From: Bacteroidota bacterium
GTDB lineage: Bacteria > Bacteroidota > Bacteroidia > NS11-12g > UBA955
DNA: 64,000 nucleotides
NCBI GenBank assembly: GCA_023957335.1
Contig: JAMLHC010000002.1
Coordinates: 66,809 to 130,808, forward strand
Direction of reading: 5' to 3'
Position numbers and translations under genes: made by a program
Part shown: positions 49,026-59,396 of the stretch, piece by piece
Layout of the letters: every line of letters begins with the position of its first letter
Position numbering within the stretch: the first letter of the stretch is position 1
The notes under the pieces: model-generated
What the model was told of the DNA's origin: nothing
Databases searched by the model: none
What the model saw: only the letters and a program-made list of their open reading frames with translations

Positions 49026-49708
49026 ATATTTTTCGTGTCAAACTTATAGCCAAATCCCAAACGATTGGAAATCACGGAACCATAATCCCCTAATTTTTTT
49101 CTCAAACGTGCAATGTGAACATCTACTGTTCGTTCCGACACATATACCTCATTGCCCCAAACACTTTCCATTATCGCATCTCTGGAAAATATACGGTTGG
49201 GATTCTCTGCTAATTTTTTCAAAACCTCAAATTCTGTTTTGGTTAAACTAATGATTTCATTTTTAATGCTGACTTCTTGATTTTCTGTGTCAATTATTAA
49301 GTCATTAAAAACTATTATATCCTTTTGCACAGGATCAGCAACGTTAGCAACTCTTTTCACAACAGCTTTAATTCTTGCAACAATTTCCTTGATAGAAAAT
49401 GGTTTTGATATATAATCATCGGCACCCACCGAAAAACCTGTCAACATATCGTTTTCGGTATCCTTTGCTGTCAGAAAAATAACGGGTGTCCGAACACCTT
49501 TGGTGCGGATTGTTTCCAGCATTTTATACCCGGACATGCCTTGCATCATCACATCTAATAGAATCAACTGTGTTGTCGGACTAATTTTTTTTAAAGCTTC
49601 TTCTGCCGAATACGCTATCTCAACAGCATACCCCTCACTTTTTAAATTAAACTCCAATATTTCACAGATACTTTTGTCATCATCTACAATCAGAATATTC
49701 TCTTTCAT
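49022..49708 (-). CDS. phoB: OmpR/PhoB-family response regulator
   Basis: Receiver domain (ILIVDDD...LLDVMMQG...K at about 105) plus a winged-helix C-terminus (VHIARLRKK). Confidence 0.8.
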   Translation of the reverse strand: MKENILIVDDDKSICEILEFNLKSEGYAVEIAYSAEEALKKISPTTQLILLDVMMQGMSGYKMLETIRTKGVRTPVIFLTAKDTENDMLTGFSVGADDYISKPFSIKEIVARIKAVVKRVANVADPVQKDIIVFNDLIIDTENQEVSIKNEIISLTKTEFEVLKKLAENPNRIFSRDAIMESVWGNEVYVSERTVDVHIARLRKKLGDYGSVISNRLGFGYKFDTKNI

Positions 49709-49752
49709 TTTTTACACCAACATCTTATTGCAAAGGTATTTGTTTTGTGTTT

Positions 49753-50424
49753 TTATTCCATTGCTTTTCCAGAGTGTTTTAAAACTTTTGCTTCTACAAA
49801 AAATACAATTTCTTCAATGATATTTTTGTTATGATCACCTATCCTTTCCAATTTACGAACGAGCAACATCATTTTGAGTAGGCAAATTGACCTTTCAGGA
49901 TGTGTTTTCATATAATCAGCTAAGACATTGAATACATTATGGTATATCTCGTCCACCTGCATATCGTTTGCAATGATTCTTTCTGACACTTTGGTTTGTT
50001 CTGTTTCAAAAGCAACATAACCATCTAACAACATTCCGATGAGTATGTCAAACATTTTTTCTATTTTCAAATCTACAAGCAATTGTGTATCCATAATTTC
50101 ACACTCCTTGTGAATGACAAACTGTGCGATACCCTTAGTAAAATCACTAATGCGTTCTAATTCGCTACTGATTTTTATTAAGGATAATGCCAGACGTAAA
50201 TCAATCGCAACCGGACTGTAAAGCGCAATAAAATTTTCGCAATGGGTATCAATTTTTAATTCAAAAGTATTGACATCAATCTCTCTGTTGATAATCTCAG
50301 ATGCCAACACTAAATCATTGTATAATAAAGTTTTTTTTGCATTATCAACTTGTGCTATCACTAATTTCCACATTAGTTTAACTTCTTCTTTCAATTGAAG
50401 TACTTCTTTTTCTGAATGTTTCAT
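49753..50424 (-). CDS. phoU: phosphate signalling complex protein PhoU
   Basis: Two PhoU repeats (ERISDF...; ERIGDH... pattern). 223 aa. Confidence 0.85.
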   Translation of the reverse strand: MKHSEKEVLQLKEEVKLMWKLVIAQVDNAKKTLLYNDLVLASEIINREIDVNTFELKIDTHCENFIALYSPVAIDLRLALSLIKISSELERISDFTKGIAQFVIHKECEIMDTQLLVDLKIEKMFDILIGMLLDGYVAFETEQTKVSERIIANDMQVDEIYHNVFNVLADYMKTHPERSICLLKMMLLVRKLERIGDHNKNIIEEIVFFVEAKVLKHSGKAME

Positions 50425-50909
50425 TTTAATTTTCTTTTTTTATAAATGTTAATTTGTTCGGGCAATTTGGCTTTATAAGGTTTGTCAAATAGTGGCGAAG
50501 AGATAACAAAGTCGGCAGTAGTTCGGGAACAGGCATATACAATATTGTACAAAGTAGCTATTCGCAATAAAACCTTAATGTCCACATCATGGGGTTGGGG
50601 TTCCATCGCATCCCAAAAGAAAATTAGAATATCAACTTTACCATTACAGATTAATGCCCCTAATTGTTGGTCTCCTCCTAAAGGACCTGATTTGAGTTTC
50701 TTAATATTTATTGCTGGACTTTCTGTTTTATTGCCAATACATTCTGCTAATTTATTTTTGACGAGATTGCCTGTGGTGCCTGTACATATAAGTTGATATT
50801 GTGTAAGTTTTTGCCAATGACATTCTACCCATTCAATTAATTCTTTTTTGCAGTTGTCGTGAGCTACAAGGGCTATATTTTTTACTTGATTCATATTTAA
50901 TTTAACCAA
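50421..50909 (-). CDS. mgsA: methylglyoxal synthase
   Basis: [17 protein letters not shown]...CTGTTGNL...[13 protein letters not shown]...VDILIFFWD...[11 protein letters not shown] is co-linear with E. coli MgsA. Confidence 0.85.
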   Translation of the reverse strand: MVKLNMNQVKNIALVAHDNCKKELIEWVECHWQKLTQYQLICTGTTGNLVKNKLAECIGNKTESPAINIKKLKSGPLGGDQQLGALICNGKVDILIFFWDAMEPQPHDVDIKVLLRIATLYNIVYACSRTTADFVISSPLFDKPYKAKLPEQINIYKKRKLK

Positions 50910-51648
50910 ATCTTCCTGTAATATAATTTTGTGTTTCTTCTTGTTCAGGCGCTAAAAACATTTTTTTGGTATCGGAATATTCCACCAATTTCCCATACAT
51001 AAAGAACCCTGTTTTGTCGCTTACCCTAGCGGCTTGTTGCATATTGTGGGTAACAATTACAATGGTATATTGCTGTTTTAACTCGTGAATCAACTCCTCA
51101 ATTTTTGAGGTAGAAATAGGGTCTAAAGCCGAAGCAGGTTCATCCATCAGCAGAATAGAGGGCGACACCGCCAATGCACGGGCAATGCACAATCGTTGTT
51201 GTTGCCCTCCCGAAAGTTCAAAAGCAGATTTATTCAGTTTGTCCTTTACCTCATTCCACAAAGCAGCTGAGGTTAATGATTCTTCTACTTTATATTCTAT
51301 AAATTTATTATTTGTTTCACCATTCACTTTTAAACCATAAGCAACATTTTCAAAAATGCTTTTTGGGAAAGGATTAGGTTTTTGAAAAACCATCCCTACA
51401 TTTTTTCTTAGCACATCTACTTGCTTAGATTTTGAATAGATATCCTTTTCATCGATCAAACATTGTCCCGTTAGTTTAGCTCCTTTTATTTCATCATTCA
51501 TCCGATTAAACAATCTTAGAAAGGTAGATTTTCCACATCCCGAAGGACCAATGAGTGCCGTAACTGTATTGGCTTCCATTTTCAAATTTACATCTTTGAT
51601 GGCATGAAATGAGCCATAGAAAAAGTTTACATTAATTGCTTCTATCAT
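50902..51648 (-). CDS. pstB: phosphate ABC transporter ATP-binding protein
   Basis: Walker [24 protein letters not shown] signature and Walker B LLMDEP. Confidence 0.9.
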   Translation of the reverse strand: MIEAINVNFFYGSFHAIKDVNLKMEANTVTALIGPSGCGKSTFLRLFNRMNDEIKGAKLTGQCLIDEKDIYSKSKQVDVLRKNVGMVFQKPNPFPKSIFENVAYGLKVNGETNNKFIEYKVEESLTSAALWNEVKDKLNKSAFELSGGQQQRLCIARALAVSPSILLMDEPASALDPISTSKIEELIHELKQQYTIVIVTHNMQQAARVSDKTGFFMYGKLVEYSDTKKMFLAPEQEETQNYITGRFG

Positions 51649-52499
51649 TATTTGTATTTTTCAAATCGTTTTTTAATAATTCCTGCAAGTGTATTCATCA
51701 ATAACACAATTGCAATTAAAACCAATGCTGTTCCATAAGCTATTGGGCGGGAAGATTCAATATCGGTGCCACTGGTAGCAAGTACATACAAGTGGTATGG
51801 GAGTGCCATTACTTGGTCTAAAATGCTGTGGGGCAATTTGGGTAAAAAATAAGCGGCTACAGTAAACAAGATTGGTGCTGTTTCTCCCGACACGCGTCCA
51901 ATTGATAATATCAATCCTGTGATAATATTGGGGAATGCGGCAGGTAATACCACTCTTTTTATTGTTTGAATTTTGTTGGCTCCTAAAGCAATACTGCCTA
52001 AGCGATAAGATTGAGGCACCGACTTGAGTGCCTCTTCCGTAGTTCGGATGACAACGGGTAAGATCAGCAATCCCAAAGTAAGTGAGCCGGCTAGAATTGA
52101 ATCTCCAAATCCTAATGTATTAACAAACAAGGTCATTCCAAACAAACCAAAAACAATGGAAGGAATGCTGGCTAAATTATTTGTCATAATGCGTATTGTT
52201 TTTGTCAGCCAATTATCTTTTGCATATTCAATCGTATAGATTGCAGACATAATGCCTAATGGGAAAGCAAACAAAATACTTCCGAGAATTAAATAAATCG
52301 TTCCTACTATTGCAGGAAAAATACCACCCGCAGTCATTCCATCTTTGGGATAACTGAAAATAAAATCCCAACTGATTACACTTATGCCATTATAGACAAT
52401 GAACCCTAAAATCCATAGTAAAACACCCAATACCATAAACCCCAAAAACCTAAATATTGTAAAGGCTATTTGTTCTTTAATTTTTTTTGACTTTATCAT
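51648..52499 (-). CDS. pstA: phosphate ABC transporter permease PstA
   Basis: 6 TM helices with an EAA-like loop. Position and overlap fit the pst operon. Confidence 0.8.
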   Translation of the reverse strand: MIKSKKIKEQIAFTIFRFLGFMVLGVLLWILGFIVYNGISVISWDFIFSYPKDGMTAGGIFPAIVGTIYLILGSILFAFPLGIMSAIYTIEYAKDNWLTKTIRIMTNNLASIPSIVFGLFGMTLFVNTLGFGDSILAGSLTLGLLILPVVIRTTEEALKSVPQSYRLGSIALGANKIQTIKRVVLPAAFPNIITGLILSIGRVSGETAPILFTVAAYFLPKLPHSILDQVMALPYHLYVLATSGTDIESSRPIAYGTALVLIAIVLLMNTLAGIIKKRFEKYK

Positions 52500-53692
52500 T
52501 CTTTAATAACTTTTCGAGATGCAATAGCTTCTGTCAAAATACTGATGATTAATGTGATTATAAACAATACACAACCCAGTAAAAACAAGGATTGGTAATG
52601 TGTACCTCCACCCGGTGCTTCGCCTAATTCAGCAGCTATGGTAGCAGGAATGGTTCTAACCGATTCAAACATCGAGTTTGGAATTACTGCGGCATTACCT
52701 GTTACCATCAGTACCGCCATGGTTTCGCCAATTGCTCTGCCAATGCCTAAAACAATGGCAGCCGAAATGCCCGATGAAGCATAAGGAAGCACTACCCTAT
52801 AAATAGTCTGCCAATGGGTTGCGCCCAAGGCAAGACTTGCGTCCCGCATGGCTTTTGGCGTATTCCTCATAGCGTCTTCGGCTATTGAAATAATAGTAGG
52901 TAAAGCCATAACAGCCAAAATTAAACTTCCGGTAAAAGCTGTTTCGCCTAAAGCAAGACCTCCCATTTTTTGAACAATAGGGACTAACACCACTAAACCA
53001 AAAAAACCATAAACTACTGATGGAATTCCTGCCAATAACTCAATTGCCGGTTTTAGTATTTTTCGTGTTCTTTCATTTGCAATTTCAGCCAAATAAATGG
53101 CAACGCCTACACCTAATGGAATTGCTATAAGTATAGCAATAATACTCACCAAGAGTGTACCTAACAACAGTGGTAGTATGCCAAACAAAGGAGCCGGAGT
53201 TGCAGTGGGCAACCACTCTTTCCCCAAAAAATAATCGCTCCAACTAATGTTTCTGTGTTTCAATTCTTTGACAGATGAGTAATCTTTTGGAACATATTTT
53301 TGAGGAATATAGGCAATAATTGTAGCGTCTGAAGCAATGACTTCTGCAATCTTTTGAGGCAATAAGGCAAAATCTGCTCCCAGTTCCTCATCTGAATAAA
53401 TCGAAAAGATTTCATCAAACCTAAAAATACGTATCTGCTCATTTTTTGCACCTAAGTCTTTCCAGTTCTCAATTTGTCCATCAAAAACTTTCTTCATTGT
53501 TTCGGGTGAGAGTTCTTCTATTGGATTTTGGGAATTTACTAATAAAGTATATCCTTTTTCTATAGTTGACGAACTGAACAAACCGGCTCCTTCTTTGAAT
53601 AAAAATAAGATAATGAGCAGTACAGTTATACTGGTAACTGCACCACTCATTTTAAGCATTCCTTCTACTAACTTATCAACTAATCTTTTCAC
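52496..53692 (-). CDS. pstC: phosphate ABC transporter permease PstC, with a roughly 140-aa periplasmic insert after TM1
   Basis: Permease core with an EAA loop (ALGATHWQTIYRVVLP). The extended N-terminus (TM1 then a soluble segment) is a known feature of some PstC proteins. Confidence 0.8.
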   Translation of the reverse strand: MKRLVDKLVEGMLKMSGAVTSITVLLIILFLFKEGAGLFSSSTIEKGYTLLVNSQNPIEELSPETMKKVFDGQIENWKDLGAKNEQIRIFRFDEIFSIYSDEELGADFALLPQKIAEVIASDATIIAYIPQKYVPKDYSSVKELKHRNISWSDYFLGKEWLPTATPAPLFGILPLLLGTLLVSIIAILIAIPLGVGVAIYLAEIANERTRKILKPAIELLAGIPSVVYGFFGLVVLVPIVQKMGGLALGETAFTGSLILAVMALPTIISIAEDAMRNTPKAMRDASLALGATHWQTIYRVVLPYASSGISAAIVLGIGRAIGETMAVLMVTGNAAVIPNSMFESVRTIPATIAAELGEAPGGGTHYQSLFLLGCVLFIITLIISILTEAIASRKVIKE

Positions 53693-53720
53693 TGTGACGT
53701 TCAGTAAGTTTAGTACCTTA

Positions 53721-54533
53721 TTATTTTATAGGGAGATAACCCACATCAGCAACTACCTTTTGTCCTTTAGGAGAAAGAACAAAATCAATGAATGATTTTC
53801 CTTCTGCATTAATTTGTGTGTAGTAATAAAACAAGGGTCTTACAATAGGATAGCTTTTATTCTTTGCGTTTTCAAATGTGGGAGCGATATATGTTTTCCC
53901 TTTGTCATACGAAACTTGCACAGCTTTTACTTTGCTGTTTACATAAGCAAACCCTACGTAGCTGATAGCACCTTTTGTTTGGCTGACAGACTGAATAATC
54001 CCACCGGTTGCCGGCATACTTAGTATTCCATTCATATAGTTTTTGTTTTTTAGAACACTTTCTTTGAAAAACTCATAAGTACCTGATGAGGTTTCTCTTG
54101 AATAAGGAATTATTTTCAAATCCTCACCTCCAACTTCTTTCCAGTTTTTGATTTTTCCGGTAAAGATTCCTTCTAATTGCTCACGGGTTAATTTGGTTAC
54201 TTTGTTCTCAGGATGTACCACTATACTTAATGCGTCATAAGCGATAATCACTTCCTTTAATTGTTTACCTGCCTCTGCAAACTTCTGTCTTTCGTCAAAT
54301 TTTATTCTTCTGGAAGACTGTGCAATGTCTGTTGTTCCGTTTAGCAATGCTGAAATACCTACACCACTACCACCGCCCGTAATGGATAAGGAAGCGGCAG
54401 GGCGTTCTTTTTTGTAGGCTTCTAACGCTTTCTGTGTAAGTGGCAATACAGTATCTGAACCTTTGATTTTTTGCGCAAAACTTGAAGATGTCAATAATGC
54501 GTAGGTCAATGTTGTTAAAACTAATTTTTTCAT
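53721..54533 (-). CDS. pstS: phosphate ABC transporter substrate-binding protein
   Basis: Signal peptide and PBP fold motifs (ITGGGSGVGISAL; SR...). 270 aa. Confidence 0.85.
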   Translation of the reverse strand: MKKLVLTTLTYALLTSSSFAQKIKGSDTVLPLTQKALEAYKKERPAASLSITGGGSGVGISALLNGTTDIAQSSRRIKFDERQKFAEAGKQLKEVIIAYDALSIVVHPENKVTKLTREQLEGIFTGKIKNWKEVGGEDLKIIPYSRETSSGTYEFFKESVLKNKNYMNGILSMPATGGIIQSVSQTKGAISYVGFAYVNSKVKAVQVSYDKGKTYIAPTFENAKNKSYPIVRPLFYYYTQINAEGKSFIDFVLSPKGQKVVADVGYLPIK

Positions 54534-54619
54534 TTTTTTTGATGTGTTTAATTATTGTGCAAACTACTATCGTGTGCGTTGCGTATTGATAACAGTTTTG
54601 TTACAATTCGGTTACGTTT

Positions 54620-55894
54620 TTAGAACTTATATTGAAGTCTTACTGTTAAAACATTATCCTTCCTATCTGTATCATAGCCACTGAGATTAGCCGAGGTCTC
54701 GTTTTTCACCATTTCATAATAAGCAGTCAGTCTGAACCCATTGATGATTTTCCACTGCAATCCCAAGCCAATTGTGTTATAAGCGATGTCGCCTGCATTG
54801 GTTTTGTTTGTGCCAATGTTATTTCCTTTTACTTTCGTATTAGGATTATACCAATCGTATTTTACAATAGCTGAAACCGGCAATGGTCCCAAATCCTGCA
54901 CCAGCATAGCATAACCTCCACTAAAACTTCTGACATATACATCACTTGTAGGAAGTGTAGCCGTATTAGGGCTCTTGCTGTTTTTTGAACCTCCGGGTTG
55001 TGTTCCAAACAAATATTCAGAGCTTAATTTTGTCAATCCCATTTTACTTATAAAATTCAATTGAACATCAAAACCTACATATTCTCTTTTAGCAAATTGC
55101 CCAATATTAGACACAGATGAATCTACAGAAAATCCGTTTTCGTTACTTTTATAAATATTTTTTGAGCCTTGATATACGCCACCATTGTAATAAGAAGCGC
55201 CTGCGCCCCATTTAAAATAAGCATTTGACGATTGATTTATTGCTAAATGTCCAATAAAATCTTTACGGTTGTCTGTTTCTATGTTGATACTATTACCTGC
55301 AAAAAAACCGGCATCTAATTTCAGAATATTCCAAGGAGAAGTTTTTGGAGCTTGCAGGGTTAATTTAGCTCCAAGGTCTCGTTCATCGGGGAATAAAGTT
55401 TGAAAAACAGTGGAGCGTTCAGGTGATTCACGGAGTGATGATGAATAAGAAATCTCATAACCAAACGGGCGGTCAAAAACACCAACAGTTGTAGAAATGG
55501 AATTGATCCATGGGTCAGTTAATTTAAGAAAAACATCTTTAAAACCTAAACCTTTATCTGTGAAGTCAAATTGAAAAACACCCGAACCAATACCACGGGT
55601 ATAAGTAAATTTTATTCGTCCTCTCCTGATACCTATACGGTTAAAACTTTTTGTTTTATCTGTGTTAGCGCCACCTACTTTTAGTGAGGCATCTTTTTCA
55701 CCAAATTGGAACTGGGTTTGAACGTAACCGGTAACAGCAAGATTTTTAAGCGATTTCAAACCATCTTCAAGGTCAGTAATTTTTTGAACTAAAATAGGGT
55801 CGCTTTGCGGTTCTGCTGTGGTTAAGGTGTCTTGTTGTGCGAATAGCGCTGTGCCTATAATCAGGCAACTTGTAAATGTTAAAATTTTCTTCAT
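54620..55894 (-). CDS. outer-membrane porin, likely phosphate-selective (OprO/P-like)
   Basis: Signal peptide, beta-barrel periodicity, C-terminal ...LTVRLQYKF. It sits immediately upstream of pstS in the same orientation. Confidence 0.5.
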   Translation of the reverse strand: MKKILTFTSCLIIGTALFAQQDTLTTAEPQSDPILVQKITDLEDGLKSLKNLAVTGYVQTQFQFGEKDASLKVGGANTDKTKSFNRIGIRRGRIKFTYTRGIGSGVFQFDFTDKGLGFKDVFLKLTDPWINSISTTVGVFDRPFGYEISYSSSLRESPERSTVFQTLFPDERDLGAKLTLQAPKTSPWNILKLDAGFFAGNSINIETDNRKDFIGHLAINQSSNAYFKWGAGASYYNGGVYQGSKNIYKSNENGFSVDSSVSNIGQFAKREYVGFDVQLNFISKMGLTKLSSEYLFGTQPGGSKNSKSPNTATLPTSDVYVRSFSGGYAMLVQDLGPLPVSAIVKYDWYNPNTKVKGNNIGTNKTNAGDIAYNTIGLGLQWKIINGFRLTAYYEMVKNETSANLSGYDTDRKDNVLTVRLQYKF

Positions 55895-55990
55895 TTTGAA
55901 TATTAAATAAATGTACCACAAAAGAACTTTGACAGTATTTCAATAATATCTCAGTTGTGTTACAAGATGGTTAAGTTTGCATGGGACAAT

Positions 55991-56767
55991 CTACTCTTTT
56001 AGCACCATTTGCCTATAAACCGCACTGTTTGTCCGTATAACTATATAATACATTCCATTAAGGATTTGATTCATATTGATTTGATACAATGCATCGCCCT
56101 TAGGCTCAAAATCAATATTCCACGATTTACCAATCATATCAATCATCTCAACTGATTGCAAGGATACTGTTCTGTCAGTGAGCCGTATATTCAAATTTGT
56201 CTGCGTAGGATTTGGATAGACTGAAAATTCATAACGTGGAACAGAGTCCATATACAAGGTATCGGTATAGGGCAAATCATCAAAAAACTTGGTGCGATCG
56301 GGTATATGAAAGATAATCGGGATACAATCGGTTGATTTTACCACTACAGAAGTCGGCAGTACCGGAGTATTTGCAATACCGCCTTGCAACCCCGAAGCTA
56401 CTGTCACACAAAGTCTATTTTCCTCAAGGTTGGGGCGATCTTTAGTAATAAATGATGTGTGCCTAATTGTGGAATCACCCGGCAACAAATCAGATTGAAA
56501 AGTGTAAGTGCCCATTCCTGCCGTATAGGTTATAAAAATATTAAAATTGAAGTGGTCGCCTGCGAGAATGGTATCCGGTCCAAGATTGTAAATCCTGAAT
56601 AACAAAGGATGCCATTGACTATCATCATAAAAGGTATCATTTGCAGCAGGGGTAATAATTTTGACTTTTAAATCAATGTAACGATATACTATTTGTGCTC
56701 TGACATGATTAACCGCAATCACACAAAGTATTATCATCAGGCAATATTTTATTTTCACCGGATTCAT
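55991..56767 (-). CDS. small secreted T9SS type-A CTD protein, paralog 1 of 3
   Basis: Signal peptide, the shared YR.IDL...I.N.GPDT...LxPGDS N-domain, and a C-terminal ...VYPNPT...LNGMYYIVI... Por_Secre_tail. Confidence 0.6.
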   Translation of the reverse strand: MNPVKIKYCLMIILCVIAVNHVRAQIVYRYIDLKVKIITPAANDTFYDDSQWHPLLFRIYNLGPDTILAGDHFNFNIFITYTAGMGTYTFQSDLLPGDSTIRHTSFITKDRPNLEENRLCVTVASGLQGGIANTPVLPTSVVVKSTDCIPIIFHIPDRTKFFDDLPYTDTLYMDSVPRYEFSVYPNPTQTNLNIRLTDRTVSLQSVEMIDMIGKSWNIDFEPKGDALYQINMNQILNGMYYIVIRTNSAVYRQMVLKE

Positions 56768-57537
56768 CGTTCGATTGCTATTTTTCGGATTAAGGTTTTT
56801 ATGTCATCACTCAATGTCAGCAGATACAACCCGGCACAAATACTATACGGTAACTCTATTGAGATTTCTCCATTATCAGCAAAACCGTCTTGTTCAAACA
56901 CTATATTGGATAGCATATCACGTACAACAACCTTGACACCTCCTTGAAAATAAGCCTCAGGCAAGACAACAAATAATTTTTGCTGTGCAGGTTGCGGGTA
57001 TATTCTCCATAGCGGAATTGATACCGTTTGTACATCAGCCCATTTGGGTAATACTCTGTACTGTTTATACCATTTGTTATTTTCAAATATCGGAAAGCCT
57101 ATCTCTTGTTTCACGGGGTATAATGGGGAATTGTTGTGTAATAGAACAGTGCCATACACAATAAAAACTTCTGTGTCCTCAATTAAATCTACTTCTTTCG
57201 TCAAGGTAAGCAGGAGTGAATCCCCCGGATATAAAGGCTTTTTAAGCACAATCAAGGTTTTCTGATAATCTTCATGATTACTTTTTCTTTGTGCGAAAGT
57301 AAACACCATGTCCAAACTGTCAAGCGCATAAACTGTGTCAGGTCCCTGATTTACAATCTTGTATGCAATTTCAATTCTATCTTGCAAATGGATTCGGTCT
57401 CTCTTCGTGTAGCTATCCTGTGTTAACTTGTAAGTAGCCAAATCCAAGGTACGAATTTTGTGGGTTTGCGCATGTACTGCAAGTGTGTTTAACACACTCA
57501 ACAGAATAAGCCATATAGGAATGTTTTTGACTAACAC
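56764..57537 (-). CDS. small secreted T9SS type-A CTD protein, paralog 2 of 3
   Basis: Same architecture as paralog 1. ATGA overlap with paralog 1. Confidence 0.6.
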   Translation of the reverse strand: MLVKNIPIWLILLSVLNTLAVHAQTHKIRTLDLATYKLTQDSYTKRDRIHLQDRIEIAYKIVNQGPDTVYALDSLDMVFTFAQRKSNHEDYQKTLIVLKKPLYPGDSLLLTLTKEVDLIEDTEVFIVYGTVLLHNNSPLYPVKQEIGFPIFENNKWYKQYRVLPKWADVQTVSIPLWRIYPQPAQQKLFVVLPEAYFQGGVKVVVRDMLSNIVFEQDGFADNGEISIELPYSICAGLYLLTLSDDIKTLIRKIAIER

Positions 57538-57542
57538 AACAC

Positions 57543-58313
57543 TTATTCTTTTTGCACTACAATTTTATGTGTTTCCGTCCTTTTTGCAGAATCCATTTTG
57601 AGCAAATATACTCCGTTAGCCAAATCATTCGGAAGATGAATTTTGTATCCTGTACTTACCTGCTGCCAATCTTGCGAATTACTTGCAAAGACAGTTACTC
57701 CCATCAAATTGATGATTTCTATTGTAAACACCGAACCCAACCGGATGCTCGGATAAACATACAAAGTATTATCGCGAATAGGATTGGGAAAGTATGCAGA
57801 CTCATTTTGAAGCTTACCTGCCGCCACACCACTAAACTCCCAACGATGATATAACCGAACACTCGCACTGTTGTTTTCATGCGTTGGAACAGAACCGGTT
57901 TCATAAAAAAACGGGTAAAGCTTGGAATGATTATATAGTTGAACAGTTACGCCCGCCTGAAAATAATTATTATCTTGGTCATAATCTATCGCTGCTTCGT
58001 ATTGCAATATTATTGAATCGCCCGGAAACAACGGTTTTTCACAAGGATGCTTCTCTACCTTAGTGCCGTAAGGGGTAATAAAAATCCATAGAATCAAAGA
58101 ATCTTCTATGAATACCGTATCAGGTCCGTAGTTTTTGATTGAATAGAGGATGCTGAGCTTGGTTGGTGATTTAATATAATCGCCCTCCTTCAGATTTAGA
58201 ATATTGACACCTAAGTCTATGGTGCGGTATCTGCCATATTGGGACACAGCAGGATATGCCATTAGTATGCTTAATATTATAAGCATAATCGATTTATTTA
58301 ATTGCGTTTTCAT
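57543..58313 (-). CDS. small secreted T9SS type-A CTD protein, paralog 3 of 3
   Basis: Same architecture (YRTIDLGVNI...IKNYGPDTVF...LFPGDS...; CTD ...FPNPIRD...GVYLLKM...). Confidence 0.6.
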   Translation of the reverse strand: MKTQLNKSIMLIILSILMAYPAVSQYGRYRTIDLGVNILNLKEGDYIKSPTKLSILYSIKNYGPDTVFIEDSLILWIFITPYGTKVEKHPCEKPLFPGDSIILQYEAAIDYDQDNNYFQAGVTVQLYNHSKLYPFFYETGSVPTHENNSASVRLYHRWEFSGVAAGKLQNESAYFPNPIRDNTLYVYPSIRLGSVFTIEIINLMGVTVFASNSQDWQQVSTGYKIHLPNDLANGVYLLKMDSAKRTETHKIVVQKE

Positions 58314-58336
58314 GATATTGTGATTAGTTTTATTCG

Positions 58337-59059
58337 TTATTCACAAGGATTACAAGGTAAGTCATTGCCTCCGCCATGCGGCCAGCCTGGTCCGGGTGTA
58401 GAACATTTACAGCATATATTGATCGGCATTGTAATAATCAAAGTAGGGCACAAATCATCACAACTCGGAATTTCTAACTCAACATCCAGTTCGGTACACA
58501 TGGGTACAGGCCACGAAGTACCATTAGGTAATATCTGCCAAAAATCTTCATAACAATCTTCCTGATTTAATACAGGAAGATTAAATGAATATCCGTTGAC
58601 ACCATGTTCACTTTGATCTGAAATAAAACCATTCGGGTAAAGAAATGTTTTTGTATTACTGTTTGACATAAATCTAATATTGGGTTTTTCTTTGCACAAT
58701 CCTGTAATTTTATGGTACATTTCAAATCCGGTATTTTCTCCAAATTCAATACAGTTATCCCCATAAACCGGATCTTCGGGATTAGGGGCTCCCTCTGGTT
58801 TTCTTTTGCGTAAATTAAAATCGAAATCAGAAAAATACAGTGGAAAAGGAGTGATGAAATTAATAGTACCCATACTGGGAATAGGAACGACCCAATAGGT
58901 TTGACCCGTGTTAATATAGAAACCAAAAGTTGAATTAGAAATTTCATGAATCACTGAACCTATAACACCATTACTGTAATCATATATTGTATAACCCGTA
59001 ATGTCGCCCGTATTAGTAGTTGAAATTTCTATCCATTCAAATGGAGCTGTTTTTAACAT
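58337..59059 (-). CDS. hypothetical protein with a Cys-rich C-terminal tail; no signal peptide detected
   Basis: 240 aa. The C-terminus is ...SCDDLCPTLIITMPINICCKCSTPGPGWPHGGGNDLPCNPCE. It heads the co-directional run that contains the three paralogs. Confidence 0.35.
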   Translation of the reverse strand: MLKTAPFEWIEISTTNTGDITGYTIYDYSNGVIGSVIHEISNSTFGFYINTGQTYWVVPIPSMGTINFITPFPLYFSDFDFNLRKRKPEGAPNPEDPVYGDNCIEFGENTGFEMYHKITGLCKEKPNIRFMSNSNTKTFLYPNGFISDQSEHGVNGYSFNLPVLNQEDCYEDFWQILPNGTSWPVPMCTELDVELEIPSCDDLCPTLIITMPINICCKCSTPGPGWPHGGGNDLPCNPCE

Positions 59060-59247
59060 AAATATTGTGTCTTGGCTGCCATATTCCTGAATAATATCTT
59101 GATAACATGTCTTTATCTTAACCTGTCCAGGGCATTTGTGCTTTTATATTCTGCGACAATAATGGAGAAAACAATATCAGTATCAAATAAAATCTCCAAA
59201 GATTACGAATTCTAAACCTTGATAATGGGTTTAATGAACAAGTGCTG

Positions 59248-59271
59248 CGGGGGGGGGGGGGGGGGGGGGGG
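59248..59271. repeat. homopolymeric G24 (C24 on the minus strand) tract
   Basis: 24 consecutive G in the intergenic region, about 190 bp upstream of the start (59059) of the Cys-rich gene and 125 bp downstream of the TPR gene stop. Confidence 0.9.
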
Positions 59272-59396
59272 TAGATATACTTCATAATATTAATAATTTT
59301 AGGTTATAGCAAAGCTATAACAATTTTTTAATATAATAAAGAATTATTTTTTTTGAATGAAATAAACATTCAAATACACAGCAATATTACATAAAG

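Noticed and set aside
52496-53692. PstC being a fusion or misannotation because of its roughly 140 extra N-terminal residues.
   Set aside because: TM1 is followed by a soluble loop and then the canonical permease core. Extended PstC N-termini with a periplasmic insert are known in several phyla, so this is not anomalous.
59248-59271. Reading the G24 tract as a contig end or scaffolding gap rather than a real sequence.
   Set aside because: This cannot be settled from sequence alone. Flanking sequence is continuous and unique on both sides, so I kept it as a finding but flagged the artefact possibility.
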